Shown here one piece after another: positions 41,924-51,983 of a stretch of DNA of 64,000 nt. Positions within the stretch are counted from its first letter, which is position 1. Each line of letters begins with the position of its first letter. The notes below the pieces were generated by a model, which did not search any database, was not told the origin of the DNA, and saw nothing but the letters and a program-made list of their open reading frames with translations. This DNA comes from Phycisphaerae bacterium (GTDB lineage: Bacteria > Planctomycetota > Phycisphaerae > UBA1845 > Fen-1342), in assembly GCA_963675745.2 (NCBI GenBank), contig CAXXWX010000019.1, forward strand, positions 1 to 64,000. The letters are read 5' to 3'. The position numbers and the translations under genes are program-made.

Positions 41924-43357
41924 TCAGACCGCGATGCCCTGGGCCAGCACCTGCTTGGCGATGCCGACCAGGTATACCGATCCGGTCACGCAGACCAGAT
42001 CGTCGCGCGTGACGCAATTAGTGGCGATCCGGTAGGCCTCTTCCAGCGTGGGGGCGACCTGCGCCATTTTCTGCGTCTTTTCCTGGAAACGCGCCAGCAG
42101 ATCATTGGGGTCCGCCGAGCGCGGGTTGCCGATGCTCGTGAAGATCACCTTGTCGGCACCCAGACGCAACTGGTTCAGCATGCCGTCGATGTCCTTGTCG
42201 GCCGAGCAGCCGAATATCACGACCATCGAGTCGTAATTGAAGCTCTGGCCGATCGCGCGCATCAACGCCACAATGCTGGCGCCGTTGTGGGCGGCATCGA
42301 CGACCGTGAGGGGCTGCTCGCGAATGCTCTCGAGCCGGCCAAGCACGTTTACATTTGCGAGTCCGTCAATCGAATCCTGGATGCTGATGTCCAGGCCCGA
42401 TTCCCGCAGTGCATCCACAATCCCCAGAGCCACGCCGCAGTTATGCGCCTGGTGCTCACCCAGCAATGGAACCGGCAAATGGTCGAAGCGGGTGGTTCTG
42501 GTCGCCATGCACACGCGGTTCTGGGGTCCCTGCGCGCGGGACGACTCGAAGCGATAGCTGAACTCGATGTCATCGCCGATTATCCGCAGAGGGGCACCCA
42601 CACGCTCGGCCTCGGCACGCAGCACGCGCTTGACCGCCAACAATTGTGGTGCGCTGATCGCCGGCACTCCTGGCTTGAAGATGCCGGCCTTCTCCGCGGC
42701 GATGCGTTCGAGGCTCGACCCGAGCTGGGCCATGTGGTCGTAACTGATGCTCGTGATTCCACAAGCCAGCGGCTTGACGACGTTTGTCGAGTCGAGTCGG
42801 CCGCCGAGACCGGTCTCGAGCACGACGATGTCCACCTTCTGCTTCACAAAATACAGGAATGCAATCGCCGTGAGGATGTCGAAGTAGGTTGGTCCGTGTT
42901 TATCAAGACGGCGGACAATTGGTGCGAGTTTGGCGACGAGCTTGGTGAAGTCAGACTCGCTGATCATCTGCCCGTCGATCGCGATGCGCTCACGGATGTC
43001 GACAAAGTGTGGCGACGTGTAGAGCCCAACACGCAGACCCGACTGCTGCAGCATCGAGGCGACCATGCTGCATGTGGAGCCCTTACCCTTGGTGCCGGCC
43101 ACGTGGATGGCGCGCACCGCCTTATGGGGGTTGCCGATCTCGCCCAGAAGCCGTAACATCCTGGAGATGTTAAAGTTAGCGTGATTATAGGTCGGCCGCA
43201 GCATGCGTTCATAGTTGGTACGGCTGTTGAGGAACTGCTGGGCGGCGTGAAAGGTGCGGATGGCCGTGGAGCGCGCAGTGGTCTTGGCTGGCTTTCGGGC
43301 GACAGTCGATTTCTTGCGACTACGTTTTGGAGCTTGCTTAGTTACGGGCTTCGCCAT
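41924..43357 (-). CDS. folC: Folylpolyglutamate synthase/dihydrofolate synthase
   Basis: HVAGTKGKGST, YTSPH, ETGLGGRLDSTNV, EKAGIFK, DAAHN. Confidence 0.95.
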   Translation of the reverse strand: MAKPVTKQAPKRSRKKSTVARKPAKTTARSTAIRTFHAAQQFLNSRTNYERMLRPTYNHANFNISRMLRLLGEIGNPHKAVRAIHVAGTKGKGSTCSMVASMLQQSGLRVGLYTSPHFVDIRERIAIDGQMISESDFTKLVAKLAPIVRRLDKHGPTYFDILTAIAFLYFVKQKVDIVVLETGLGGRLDSTNVVKPLACGITSISYDHMAQLGSSLERIAAEKAGIFKPGVPAISAPQLLAVKRVLRAEAERVGAPLRIIGDDIEFSYRFESSRAQGPQNRVCMATRTTRFDHLPVPLLGEHQAHNCGVALGIVDALRESGLDISIQDSIDGLANVNVLGRLESIREQPLTVVDAAHNGASIVALMRAIGQSFNYDSMVVIFGCSADKDIDGMLNQLRLGADKVIFTSIGNPRSADPNDLLARFQEKTQKMAQVAPTLEEAYRIATNCVTRDDLVCVTGSVYLVGIAKQVLAQGIAV

Positions 43358-43598
43358 GGCCGGATAATACCAGATTGTGTGAAAACCGTCAAGGCGACGC
43401 CGTGCGCACGACGTGTGCCGTAAGCGGTTGCGGGACAGCGGTTTATCGAAGGCCGCTCACAACGGGAGGCGACATTTCGGACATCATGTGGCGTAAATGG
43501 CCATTGCCGATTCAGGCCTGCCCAGGCGGATTCATTATTAGTACATTACGGGCTATAACGTCGCCGGGTGCGGTAAAATCCGATATTGTGAGGGATCA

Positions 43599-44684
43599 AT
43601 GCAGACTGTTCAGGTGCCGTTAGCGGGCCGTTCATACTCAATCAACATCGGACCGCGCATTAGAAACGAACTTGGCGCGGTTATCGGGCAACTGCAACGC
43701 GTCGCCAAGCTGGTAGTCATTGCCGACCGGCACGTCGCCGACCTTCACCTGCCGGCACTGATCGAGGCATTGCCGCTCGAGCCGGCCGTGCTCACTTTCG
43801 AGCCGGGTGAGGCCAGCAAGTCGCTTGCGAGGTTTGCTGACCTCGTCGATGGTCTCGCCCGGGCGCGACTCGAACGCGGGGATCTCGTGGTGGCCTTTGG
43901 AGGGGGAGTCGCGGGCGACCTCGCCGGGTTCGTCGCGGCCACCTGGCTCAGGGGAATTCGCTTCATTCAGATCCCCACAACGATCGAGGCCGCCGTCGAT
44001 GCGTCCGTGGGCGGCAAAACCGGGCTAAACCACGCCTCGGGCAAGAACCTCATCGGGGCTTTCCACCAGCCTTCCGCCGTCCTGATCGACACGGACTTCC
44101 TCGAAACCCTGGAGCAGCGTGATTTCATCGCCGGCCTCGGTGAGAGCATCAAACACGCGGTCATTCGCGATGCGGACTTCCTCGACTGGCACGAACGCCA
44201 GGCAGACGCGATCCTCACCCGAGACACGCGCGCCGTTACCGAGCTGATCGCCCGCAACTGCACGATCAAGGCCGACGTTGTCGCCCGCGATGAGCGCGAA
44301 CAGAACCTGCGCGCGATTCTCAATTACGGCCACACCATCGGGCATGCGATTGAGCTGCTGGCCGGGTACGAACTGCGGCACGGCGAGTGTGTGGCCCTGG
44401 GTATGCTGGCCGAGAATGAGCTGGCCTGCACTAGAAAACTGCTCAAACGCCCAGTCGCCGACCGTATCAGGCGGGTGCTGGAACATCTGGGATTGCCCGC
44501 GCACCTGCCCAAACCCCTGGATTGCGACGCTATCGTCGAAGCGTGCCACATGGACAAGAAGAATCGCGGCGGACACATCAACGCGATTGTGGTAAGTGAT
44601 CTGGGGAGGCCCACCCGCCTCTCAGACGTCGGCGACAATGAGATTCGTGACGCTATGACGGTCCTCGCCGGACCGCAGGCCTGA
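43599..44684 (+). CDS. aroB: 3-dehydroquinate synthase
   Basis: GGGVAGDLAGF, DASVGGKTG, KNLIGAFHQP, LNYGHTIGHAIE, HGECV. Confidence 0.96.
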   Translation: MQTVQVPLAGRSYSINIGPRIRNELGAVIGQLQRVAKLVVIADRHVADLHLPALIEALPLEPAVLTFEPGEASKSLARFADLVDGLARARLERGDLVVAFGGGVAGDLAGFVAATWLRGIRFIQIPTTIEAAVDASVGGKTGLNHASGKNLIGAFHQPSAVLIDTDFLETLEQRDFIAGLGESIKHAVIRDADFLDWHERQADAILTRDTRAVTELIARNCTIKADVVARDEREQNLRAILNYGHTIGHAIELLAGYELRHGECVALGMLAENELACTRKLLKRPVADRIRRVLEHLGLPAHLPKPLDCDAIVEACHMDKKNRGGHINAIVVSDLGRPTRLSDVGDNEIRDAMTVLAGPQA

Positions 44685-44885
44685 TTCTCGGCCCGTTAGC
44701 ACCGCTATTCGCCCGAGGTGCCGCCGGCCGTAAGTACGCGGCGTCAATCGGTCGATAGTTGTGGTCAGAGTAGCGGCGCATTGACTCGCATTATCGGTAC
44801 TCGTAGCATTCGTTGTACGCCCGCAAGCGGTATGCGCGCCGCCTGCGGTTGCCCCGTCGAGCCACACCGGCCATGGAGTGCTGTG

Positions 44886-46946
44886 ATGTCCAAGGCAGAC
44901 ACAATCCTATCGATCGTCAATAACCACCTCGACACCGAGCAATTCAAGCAGCGGCACTGGGAGGGCACGTTTCGGGAATACCTCGACATGGTTGCCCAGG
45001 ACCCGCGCATTGCCCGCAATGCGTTTCAACGCATCTATGACATGATCATGCACTTCGGCACCGACAAGTACAAGCTGATGAAGCAGGATCTGGTCCACTA
45101 CAAGTTCTTCGACGACCCCTTCGAAGAGGGCGCCGATGCTATCTACGGGCTTGACACCGCCATTATGCGCCTCGTCGAGTGCTTCAAGTCCGCCGCCCAC
45201 GGCTACGGCACCGATCACCGTATCCTGCTGTTGCACGGGCCGGTCGGCTCGAGCAAAAGCACCATCGCGCGGCTGTTGAAGAAAGGCCTCGAGTACTACT
45301 CGCGGATCGATGACGGCGCTCTCTACACGTTCGCCTGGAAGGTGGCCGGCGCTGACGGCAAAGTCGATGTCCAGCCCTGCCCGATGCACGAGGACCCGCT
45401 GCGTCTGATCCCGACGGCGGCGCGCAAGGACGTACTGGCTTCGATCAACGCCGACCTGCCCACCGACAAGCAGGTCCGCATCGAAGGCGAGCTCGATCCT
45501 TTCTGCCGCAGGATGTTTCAAGACCTGCTCGTCGAGTACGGCGGCGACTGGCACAAGGTGATGGAGCATATTACCGTTCGCCGCCTGGTGCTCTCGGAAA
45601 AGGACCGCATCGGCGTCGGGACGTTCCAGCCGAAGGACGAGAAAAACCAGGACTCGACCGAGCTGACCGGCGACATCAATTACCGCAAGATCGCCCAGTA
45701 TGGCTCTGACTCAGACCCGCGCGCGTTCAACTTCGATGGTGAGCTGAACATCGCCAACCGCGGGTTGTGCGAGTTCATCGAGGTGCTCAAGCTGGATGTG
45801 GCCTTCCTGTATGACCTGCTCGGCGCGTCGCAGGAGCACACCATCAAGCCGAAGAAGTTCGCGCAGACCGATATCGACGAAGTCATCATCGGCCACACCA
45901 ACGAACCCGAATACAAGAAGCTCCAGAGCAACGAGCTCATGGAGGCGTTCCGCGATCGCACGATCAAGATCGACATCCCGTACAACACGCGTCTGGATGA
46001 CGAAATCAAGATCTACGAGAAGGACTTCGGCAAGGACAAGGTGCGCGGTATCCACATCGCGCCGCACGCCGTCGAGATTGCCGCCATGTGGGCCGTGCTG
46101 ACGCGCCTGGCCGAGCCCAAGAAAGCCGGCCTGACGCTGATGCAGAAACTCAAGCTGTATGGCGGCAAGAGCGTGCCGGGCTTTACCGAGGATTCGGTCA
46201 AGGAGCTGCGCGACGAAGCCCCGCGCGAGGGTATGGACGGCGTCAGCCCGCGCTACATCCAGGACAAGCTATCCAACGCGCTGGTCAGCGAGCAGGCCCA
46301 GCTCGACCGCGGTATCAATCCCTTTATGGTCATGAACGAGCTCGAAAGCGGCCTCGACCACCACAGCCTGATCACCGACGAGGAGCAGAAGAAGCGCTAT
46401 CGCGAATTGCTCAGCGTTGTGCGCGAGGAATACGAGGAAATCCTCAAGACCGAGGTTCAGCGGGCCATCTCCGCCGACGAGGACGCCATCACGCGGCTGT
46501 GCGCGAACTACATCGACAACGTCCGGGCCTATACGCAGCACGAAAAGGTCCGCAACAAGTACACCGGCAAGGACGAGGAGCCGGACGAGCGCCTGATGCG
46601 GGCGATCGAGGAGAAGATCGAGATCGCCGATGCGCGCAAGGACGACTTCCGCCAGGAGATCATGAACTACATCGGCGCGTTGGCCCTCGACGGCAAGAAG
46701 TTCGAGTATCACACCAACGCCCGGCTGCACCGCGCGCTGGAACTCAAGTTGTTCGAAGACTCGCGCGATACGATCAAGTTAAAGAACATCGTTTCAGGCG
46801 TGGTCGACGACGAGACCCAAGCCAAGATCGACGTCGTCAAACAACGCCTGATCAAGTTCTTCGGCTACAACGAGACCAGCGCCACGGACGTGCTGAACTA
46901 CGTCGCCAGCATCTTCGCGCGCGGTGATACGAAGCAGGGGGAGTGA
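44886..46946 (+). CDS. prkA: PrkA/YeaG-family AAA+ serine protein kinase
   Basis: [44 protein letters not shown]. Confidence 0.95.
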   Translation: MSKADTILSIVNNHLDTEQFKQRHWEGTFREYLDMVAQDPRIARNAFQRIYDMIMHFGTDKYKLMKQDLVHYKFFDDPFEEGADAIYGLDTAIMRLVECFKSAAHGYGTDHRILLLHGPVGSSKSTIARLLKKGLEYYSRIDDGALYTFAWKVAGADGKVDVQPCPMHEDPLRLIPTAARKDVLASINADLPTDKQVRIEGELDPFCRRMFQDLLVEYGGDWHKVMEHITVRRLVLSEKDRIGVGTFQPKDEKNQDSTELTGDINYRKIAQYGSDSDPRAFNFDGELNIANRGLCEFIEVLKLDVAFLYDLLGASQEHTIKPKKFAQTDIDEVIIGHTNEPEYKKLQSNELMEAFRDRTIKIDIPYNTRLDDEIKIYEKDFGKDKVRGIHIAPHAVEIAAMWAVLTRLAEPKKAGLTLMQKLKLYGGKSVPGFTEDSVKELRDEAPREGMDGVSPRYIQDKLSNALVSEQAQLDRGINPFMVMNELESGLDHHSLITDEEQKKRYRELLSVVREEYEEILKTEVQRAISADEDAITRLCANYIDNVRAYTQHEKVRNKYTGKDEEPDERLMRAIEEKIEIADARKDDFRQEIMNYIGALALDGKKFEYHTNARLHRALELKLFEDSRDTIKLKNIVSGVVDDETQAKIDVVKQRLIKFFGYNETSATDVLNYVASIFARGDTKQGE

Positions 46947-46950
46947 GGGG

Positions 46951-47017
46951 GGCAGAAGGCAACGAGGCAACCAGGCAACCAGGGAACAGAAGGGAACAAC
47001 AGGCGGCTCGGCAGCCA
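46951..47017 (+). repeat. Short tandem array, left arm (GGCAGAA GGCAACGA GGCAACCA GGCAACCA GGGAACAGAA GGGAACAACA GGCGGCTC GGCAGCCA)
   Basis: Read directly; begins 4 nt after the prkA stop. Confidence 0.85.
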
Positions 47018-47044
47018 GGCGGTGGGCTGAAAGGGGGTGTGGTT

Positions 47045-47428
47045 GTGAGCGCGGAGATTCGGTCGTTTCGGGATCTTGTGGTGTGGCAGAAGGCGATGGA
47101 GTTGTGCCAGGGCGTGTACGGCATATCGCAGCGGTTTCCGCCCGATGAACGGTTCGGCCTGACCTCCCAAGTCCGACGCGCGGCTGTGTCGGTGCCATCG
47201 AACATCGCGGAGGGCTATGGCCGCAAACGCAAGCAGGATTACCTGCGTTTCCTGCATATCGCGCTCGGATCGCTCTGCGAACTTGAGACACAAGTGCTGC
47301 TGGCCATTCGCCTGGAATTCACAGACGACGATTCGGCTGTGCCGATTACGGGTCTGATCCGAGATGTTGATCGCCTGCTGAGCGCGCTGATCCGCTCTCT
47401 GAGCCGAACATACAAGGAGCCCACCTGA
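47045..47428 (+). CDS. Four-helix-bundle protein (23S rRNA intervening-sequence protein / TIGR02436-like family)
   Basis: SFRDLVVWQKAMEL, FPPDERFGLTSQVRRAAVSVPSNIAEGYGR, FLHIALGSLCELETQ. Confidence 0.93.
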   Translation: MSAEIRSFRDLVVWQKAMELCQGVYGISQRFPPDERFGLTSQVRRAAVSVPSNIAEGYGRKRKQDYLRFLHIALGSLCELETQVLLAIRLEFTDDDSAVPITGLIRDVDRLLSALIRSLSRTYKEPT

Positions 47429-47507
47429 GAATGTGTGGCAGAGAACAGCCAATGCGATGGCTACCGCCGACCACTGCCCGAAACGAGCGCACCATGCCGC
47501 GTCGTTT

Positions 47508-47561
47508 TTCTGTTGCCTTGTTGCCTTGTTGCCTTGTTGCCTTCTGTTGCCTTCTGTCGCC
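47508..47561 (-). repeat. Short tandem array, right arm, inverted relative to 46951-47017
   Basis: TTCTGTTGCC TTGTTGCC TTGTTGCC TTGTTGCC TTCTGTTGCC TTCTGTCGCC, ending 10 nt before the yeaH ATG. Confidence 0.9.
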
Positions 47562-47571
47562 TGAGCCGCCC

Positions 47572-48669
47572 ATGATCGCCAAAATCGAAAAAGACCACCA
47601 ACGCTTTCGCCAGATCATAAAAGGCAAGATCCGGAAGGACTTGCGCAAGTTCCTTACGCGCGGCGAGCTCATCGGCAAGGAGGGCAAACATCTCGTCAGC
47701 ATCCCTTTGCCCGGTATTGATCTGCCGCACTTCCGCTACGGCGACAACAAAAACACCGGCGTCGGGCAGGGTGATGGCAAGGCCGGCGAAAAAGTCGATG
47801 GCGAGGGCGAAGGCGGCCTCGGCGGCGACGAGCCAGGAAAGCACATTCTCGAAGTCGATGTCAGCCTCGACGAACTCGCCGACATCCTCGGCGAAGAGCT
47901 CCAGCTCCCGCGCATCGAACCCAAGGGCCGGCACAACATCACCACCACGCGCGAACGCTACTCCAGCATTCGCCAGACCGGACCCGAGTCGCTGCGCCAC
48001 TTCAAACGCACCTTTCGCCGGGCACTGCGACGCATGATCATGACCGGCGCCTACGACCCCGACGACCCCGTCATCGTCTTCGAGCGCGGCGACAAGCAGT
48101 ACCGCAGTTGGAAGACGACCAAAAAGCCACAGTCCAACGCCGTCATCGTCTACATGATGGATGTATCCGGCTCGATGGGGCACGAGCAGAAGGAGCTGGT
48201 GCGGCTCGAAGCGTTCTGGATCGATGCCTGGCTGCGGCGCAATTATGAAGGCATCGAAAGCCGTTATATCGTCCACGACGTGAACGCCGCCGAGGTTGAT
48301 CGCGAGACGTTCTTCCGCATCCGCGAGGATGGCGGCACCAAGATCAGCAGCGCGTTCAAACACGCCCGCGCACTGCTCGACGAGCACTACGCCCCGGACG
48401 AGTGGAATGTCTACCTGTTCCACTTTTCCGACGGCGACAATTCGTCCGAAGCCGACTCGCGCGAGTGTTGCGCGATTCTCAAGGACCACCTGCTGCCGTT
48501 CAGCAACCAGTTCGGCTATTGCCAGGTGGCCAGTGCCTACGGCAGCGGCGCCTTCATCAACGTTCTCCGCGAGCACCTCGCCGACGCCGAAAACATGGTC
48601 ACGACGCGCGTGAACACCAAAGACGATATTCTGGACAGCATCAAGGCGTTTTTTGCGAAGGGGAGGTAG
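47572..48669 (+). CDS. yeaH: YeaH/YhbH (DUF444) vWA-like protein
   Basis: DHQRFRQIIKGKIR, MMDVSGSM, GGTKISSA, YLFHFSDGDN; canonical partner of prkA. Confidence 0.92.
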   Translation: MIAKIEKDHQRFRQIIKGKIRKDLRKFLTRGELIGKEGKHLVSIPLPGIDLPHFRYGDNKNTGVGQGDGKAGEKVDGEGEGGLGGDEPGKHILEVDVSLDELADILGEELQLPRIEPKGRHNITTTRERYSSIRQTGPESLRHFKRTFRRALRRMIMTGAYDPDDPVIVFERGDKQYRSWKTTKKPQSNAVIVYMMDVSGSMGHEQKELVRLEAFWIDAWLRRNYEGIESRYIVHDVNAAEVDRETFFRIREDGGTKISSAFKHARALLDEHYAPDEWNVYLFHFSDGDNSSEADSRECCAILKDHLLPFSNQFGYCQVASAYGSGAFINVLREHLADAENMVTTRVNTKDDILDSIKAFFAKGR

Positions 48670-48810
48670 ACAGCGACAGGAGCCAACGCCCGCTTGACGT
48701 CCAGCTAGGCGGAATGGCGTTCCCTCGTGACGCCGATGAGTTCCAGGAGGTGGCTTGTGAACCGGACGGATGATACGATCGTATAGGTGTGAGAGGAGGC
48801 GCCGATCCAG

Positions 48811-49599
48811 ATGAACGCACAGGCGGCACTAACGATCGATCCGACGCAGAAGTTCCCGCACCTGGACCGGGCGCCGATTGTCGAGGCGGTGATCCACTGG
48901 CGCGCCAGAAGCGAAAAAGCACATCCGCGCGACGAACTGCTGAGGCAACTAAAAGAGAGGCTACCGGGCTACCCCGCAGCGCGATCCCAGCAGGAGATAC
49001 AGTTCGAGACACAGATTGGCCCTGAGGGGGCCGCTCAAGCGCAACGCGCGCGATGGGATGGCTTCCGCTTCGAATCAACGGACCGGCGGCATATCGCGCA
49101 GTTCACGCACAACGGGTTTGTCTTCAGCCGGGTCACGCCTTACGAGGACTGGGACCGCTTCGCCGCTGAGGCCAAGCGGTTGTGGCAAATCCACGTCGAG
49201 TTGGCCCAGCCGTCAGAGATTGAACGACTGGGCGTGCGTTTCATCAATCGCATCGTTCCGATTGACTTGGCCAAGCTGGACGAGATACTCACGCTGCCGC
49301 CGCAATCGCCGAACGGGCTGTCGTTGCCGATCGGGGAATTCCTGCATCGCAATCTGTTCGATGTGCCTGGGCACGCGTATCGCGTTCATGTGATCCAGAC
49401 GAGCCAGCCGCCCGCGCCGCCAGAGACGGACGCGCTCAGCCTCATCCTGGACCTCGACGTGTTCACGACGAAGACCATTGAGTTGGATGATGCGACGTTG
49501 GACGCCCGTTTGTGCGAAATGCGCTGGTTGAAGAACATGGCTTTCTATTCGCTCCTCACCGAGCAGACAATCGAACGATTCAAGGAGGCCAGGCCATGA
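48811..49599 (+). CDS. TIGR04255-family protein
   Basis: GGAGG RBS; PHLDRAPIVEAVI, PYEDWDRF, RLGVRFINRI, LILDLDVF (family recognised from motifs, not from a search). Confidence 0.8.
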   Translation: MNAQAALTIDPTQKFPHLDRAPIVEAVIHWRARSEKAHPRDELLRQLKERLPGYPAARSQQEIQFETQIGPEGAAQAQRARWDGFRFESTDRRHIAQFTHNGFVFSRVTPYEDWDRFAAEAKRLWQIHVELAQPSEIERLGVRFINRIVPIDLAKLDEILTLPPQSPNGLSLPIGEFLHRNLFDVPGHAYRVHVIQTSQPPAPPETDALSLILDLDVFTTKTIELDDATLDARLCEMRWLKNMAFYSLLTEQTIERFKEARP

Positions 49600-50054
49600 G
49601 GGAGGCAGTCATCATTCGCGGCGTCAGCGGTGTGGCCCAATACATCGAAGACGCAACGCGCCGTGACCGCCGCTACCTCCACAAGTCCTCGGCGTTCGGT
49701 ATTCAGAGTGTGCTGCGCGACGAACTTGCTGAGGCTTGGGAAGAGTGCCATCAACCCAATTGGGACGGCTATGATGCATTGCCCGTCTCACGGGATGCGC
49801 TGCGGAACATGTACACGTTCTTGGAGGCAATGCCGCTCGGATTCCCTCGTCCGACGATCGGGGCCGATCCGCATGGTCACCTCTCGGTCGAGTGGTATCG
49901 AAGCCCGCGACGCGTGCTGTCCGTGAGCGTCAGTGACGACGACCTGTTGCACTATGCCGCACTACTTGGCTCCAACAGCACGTGTGGAACTGAGACGTAC
50001 TTCGGCGAGGTTCCCGAGAGCATTCTCAACCTGGTGCGGCGGGTCTACTCATGA
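49596..50054 (+). CDS. Hypothetical protein (NWDGY motif), coupled to the TIGR04255-type gene
   Basis: ATGA overlap at 49596-49599; PNWDGYDALP...DPHGHLSVEW. Confidence 0.75.
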   Translation: MREAVIIRGVSGVAQYIEDATRRDRRYLHKSSAFGIQSVLRDELAEAWEECHQPNWDGYDALPVSRDALRNMYTFLEAMPLGFPRPTIGADPHGHLSVEWYRSPRRVLSVSVSDDDLLHYAALLGSNSTCGTETYFGEVPESILNLVRRVYS

Positions 50055-50482
50055 TCGACTCGCGTAGCGTGCCGGACGTTGAGTCGGACGAGGTACTCGC
50101 CCGGTTCATTCTCTTTAGCAGACACATCCGTAGCAGCGACGACACGATTAGACCCGACGCATTCGTCCCGCATCCCCATGACGAACTCTCTGTGACGCGC
50201 CATCGCGATGCGACGGAGGACGAAGTTTGGGGCGCGGGCAGGGCAGTTGCAGAAATACAGCAACGGACACTGCATGGGCGCGGCGATGTCATCGCTGACA
50301 CCTTCATGAGGCAGGGCCTGGCGACTCAGGCAGCGCCTGTCTTGGGGCATGCCGCCCTGCCGGACAACCCGAACCACGCCAACGTGATCGGCTGGCCAAA
50401 GGACGACAAGGGGCGGCAGAGGTTACTCGCGCTAAGAGTCGCGCAAGAAGCCAATCTGGTTCGACATTCCATTCTGTCGTAA
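50051..50482 (+). CDS. Hypothetical protein, possible ADP-ribosyltransferase/RES-like fold
   Basis: ATGA overlap at 50051-50054; LARF...AF..ELSV.R...NPNHANV pattern. Confidence 0.65.
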   Translation: MIDSRSVPDVESDEVLARFILFSRHIRSSDDTIRPDAFVPHPHDELSVTRHRDATEDEVWGAGRAVAEIQQRTLHGRGDVIADTFMRQGLATQAAPVLGHAALPDNPNHANVIGWPKDDKGRQRLLALRVAQEANLVRHSILS

Positions 50483-50751
50483 CGTACCAATGCCGAGGTG
50501 GGCTGAGCACGAAGTGGTTGACGCTCCAACCCTGGTGGGTGCCCCACACCGTGCGTGGCAGGCGTGCACGATTGGCCGGCGCCACCAGTTGCCCCACCGG
50601 CGCCTTGCTGGCCGCCGAACTTGAAGCACCCCAAACGCGACGGCTTGGCCGGTATTCTCCGTGGACAATCTCACCTGCCCATGCCAGAATAAACCGCAGT
50701 GTGGCAGCCGCGCGGGGTGGGTCTGCCAACGCGGGGTTCGGAGGATTACTC

Positions 50752-51885
50752 ATGTCAGAGGGGACGGCGGAGCGCATTGTCATCCAGTGCGAGGCGTGTT
50801 CAGCGCGCTACAAAGTGCCGGCGGCCACGATCGGGAAACGCACCAGGTGCAAGAAGTGCGGCACGGCCTTCACAATCGATCCACCCGACCAACCCAAGCC
50901 GGGCTTGGAGCAATCGGCGGCGCCCGAGCAGACGCCCGACGAGCCACCGATCAGCTTTGAGTGTGAGGTTTGCGGCGCAACCCTGAAAGCCCGCGCCGCG
51001 GCGATTGGGAAACGCGTCAGGTGCAAGTCCTGCGGCGGTATTCAGACCGTACCCGAGCCGCCCGAGCCCGGCGGCGTCGGTGACGACGACGTCTGGGGCG
51101 CCCTCGCCGAGGGACAGGCCGTTCAACTCGCACCCGCCGACGACAGCACAACCGGCCGGCCGTGCCCATCCTGCGGCGGAAGCATGCCCGGTGGGGGCAC
51201 GCTTTGCACCGCGTGCGGATACAACATCCAGACCGGCATCGCCGCAGCGCCGTCGGTGACACGCGACCCAACGACGGCGCAGCGATCCAGCGAGGGTTTC
51301 CTTAACAAGCTCGGCGTACGTGTGATCCTAGGTTGTGGCCTGAGCATTATCGCCGCCGGACTCGGCACGATCCTCTGGATCGTGGTGCTGGCGTTGACGG
51401 GCTACGAGAGCGGCTTTGTGGCCTGGGGCATCGGCGGGCTGGCCGGCCTGGGTATGGCGCTCGGCTTCCGTGGCGTACATCCATTGGCCGGCATCGGCGC
51501 CGCGCTGTTCGCCACCGGCGGCATCCTCATCGCCAAGATGATCATGGTGCTGGTGATTCTTGCTCCATCGCTGATGTACGCTGTCGATGAAACGCTGCCC
51601 CCGCGCCAGGCGCTGACCGAGCACCTGGCGAATCGGGCATTCTGGGATGACCCCGAGGATCGGCCCCCGGAAGCACACCAGGCCGAGGCCATGGCTCGCG
51701 TTGCTGAAATGACCGACGAGGAGGTCCTCGAGGAATTGGACGTGGCGCGCGATTACGCCAGCTCCCAAACAGGCGGTGCTACAATCGGCGATGTGTTCGG
51801 GCTCATCGATCTGCTGTTCTTTGGGCTGGCGATCATAACCGCGTACCGACTCGGAGCGCGCGGATTCTCATCGGCACCATCCTGA
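50752..51885 (+). CDS. Membrane protein with three N-terminal zinc-ribbon (paired CxxC) domains
   Basis: GGAGG RBS; CEAC..CKKC, CEVC..CKSC, CPSC..CTAC; several TM helices. Confidence 0.8.
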   Translation: MSEGTAERIVIQCEACSARYKVPAATIGKRTRCKKCGTAFTIDPPDQPKPGLEQSAAPEQTPDEPPISFECEVCGATLKARAAAIGKRVRCKSCGGIQTVPEPPEPGGVGDDDVWGALAEGQAVQLAPADDSTTGRPCPSCGGSMPGGGTLCTACGYNIQTGIAAAPSVTRDPTTAQRSSEGFLNKLGVRVILGCGLSIIAAGLGTILWIVVLALTGYESGFVAWGIGGLAGLGMALGFRGVHPLAGIGAALFATGGILIAKMIMVLVILAPSLMYAVDETLPPRQALTEHLANRAFWDDPEDRPPEAHQAEAMARVAEMTDEEVLEELDVARDYASSQTGGATIGDVFGLIDLLFFGLAIITAYRLGARGFSSAPS

Positions 51886-51983
51886 ACAGGCTTCGAGGGC
51901 GGATGCCGCGCCGATCGCCTTGGAGGTCTGCGTGTGCAAACGCGTCGGCTTAGCCGGTGCCACAGAGGGCGACACCACCCACC

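Noticed and set aside
47045..47428. Avd of a diversity-generating retroelement
   Set aside because: The fold family is related, but no reverse transcriptase or TR/VR pair with adenine-specific mismatches was seen; the motifs fit the IVS-type four-helix-bundle family.
46943..47571. N-terminal extensions of the four-helix ORF (from 46943) and of yeaH (from 47431)
   Set aside because: They merely translate the repeat arrays (EGNEATRQPGN; VALLPCCLVAFCCLLSP); homology starts at 47045 and 47572.
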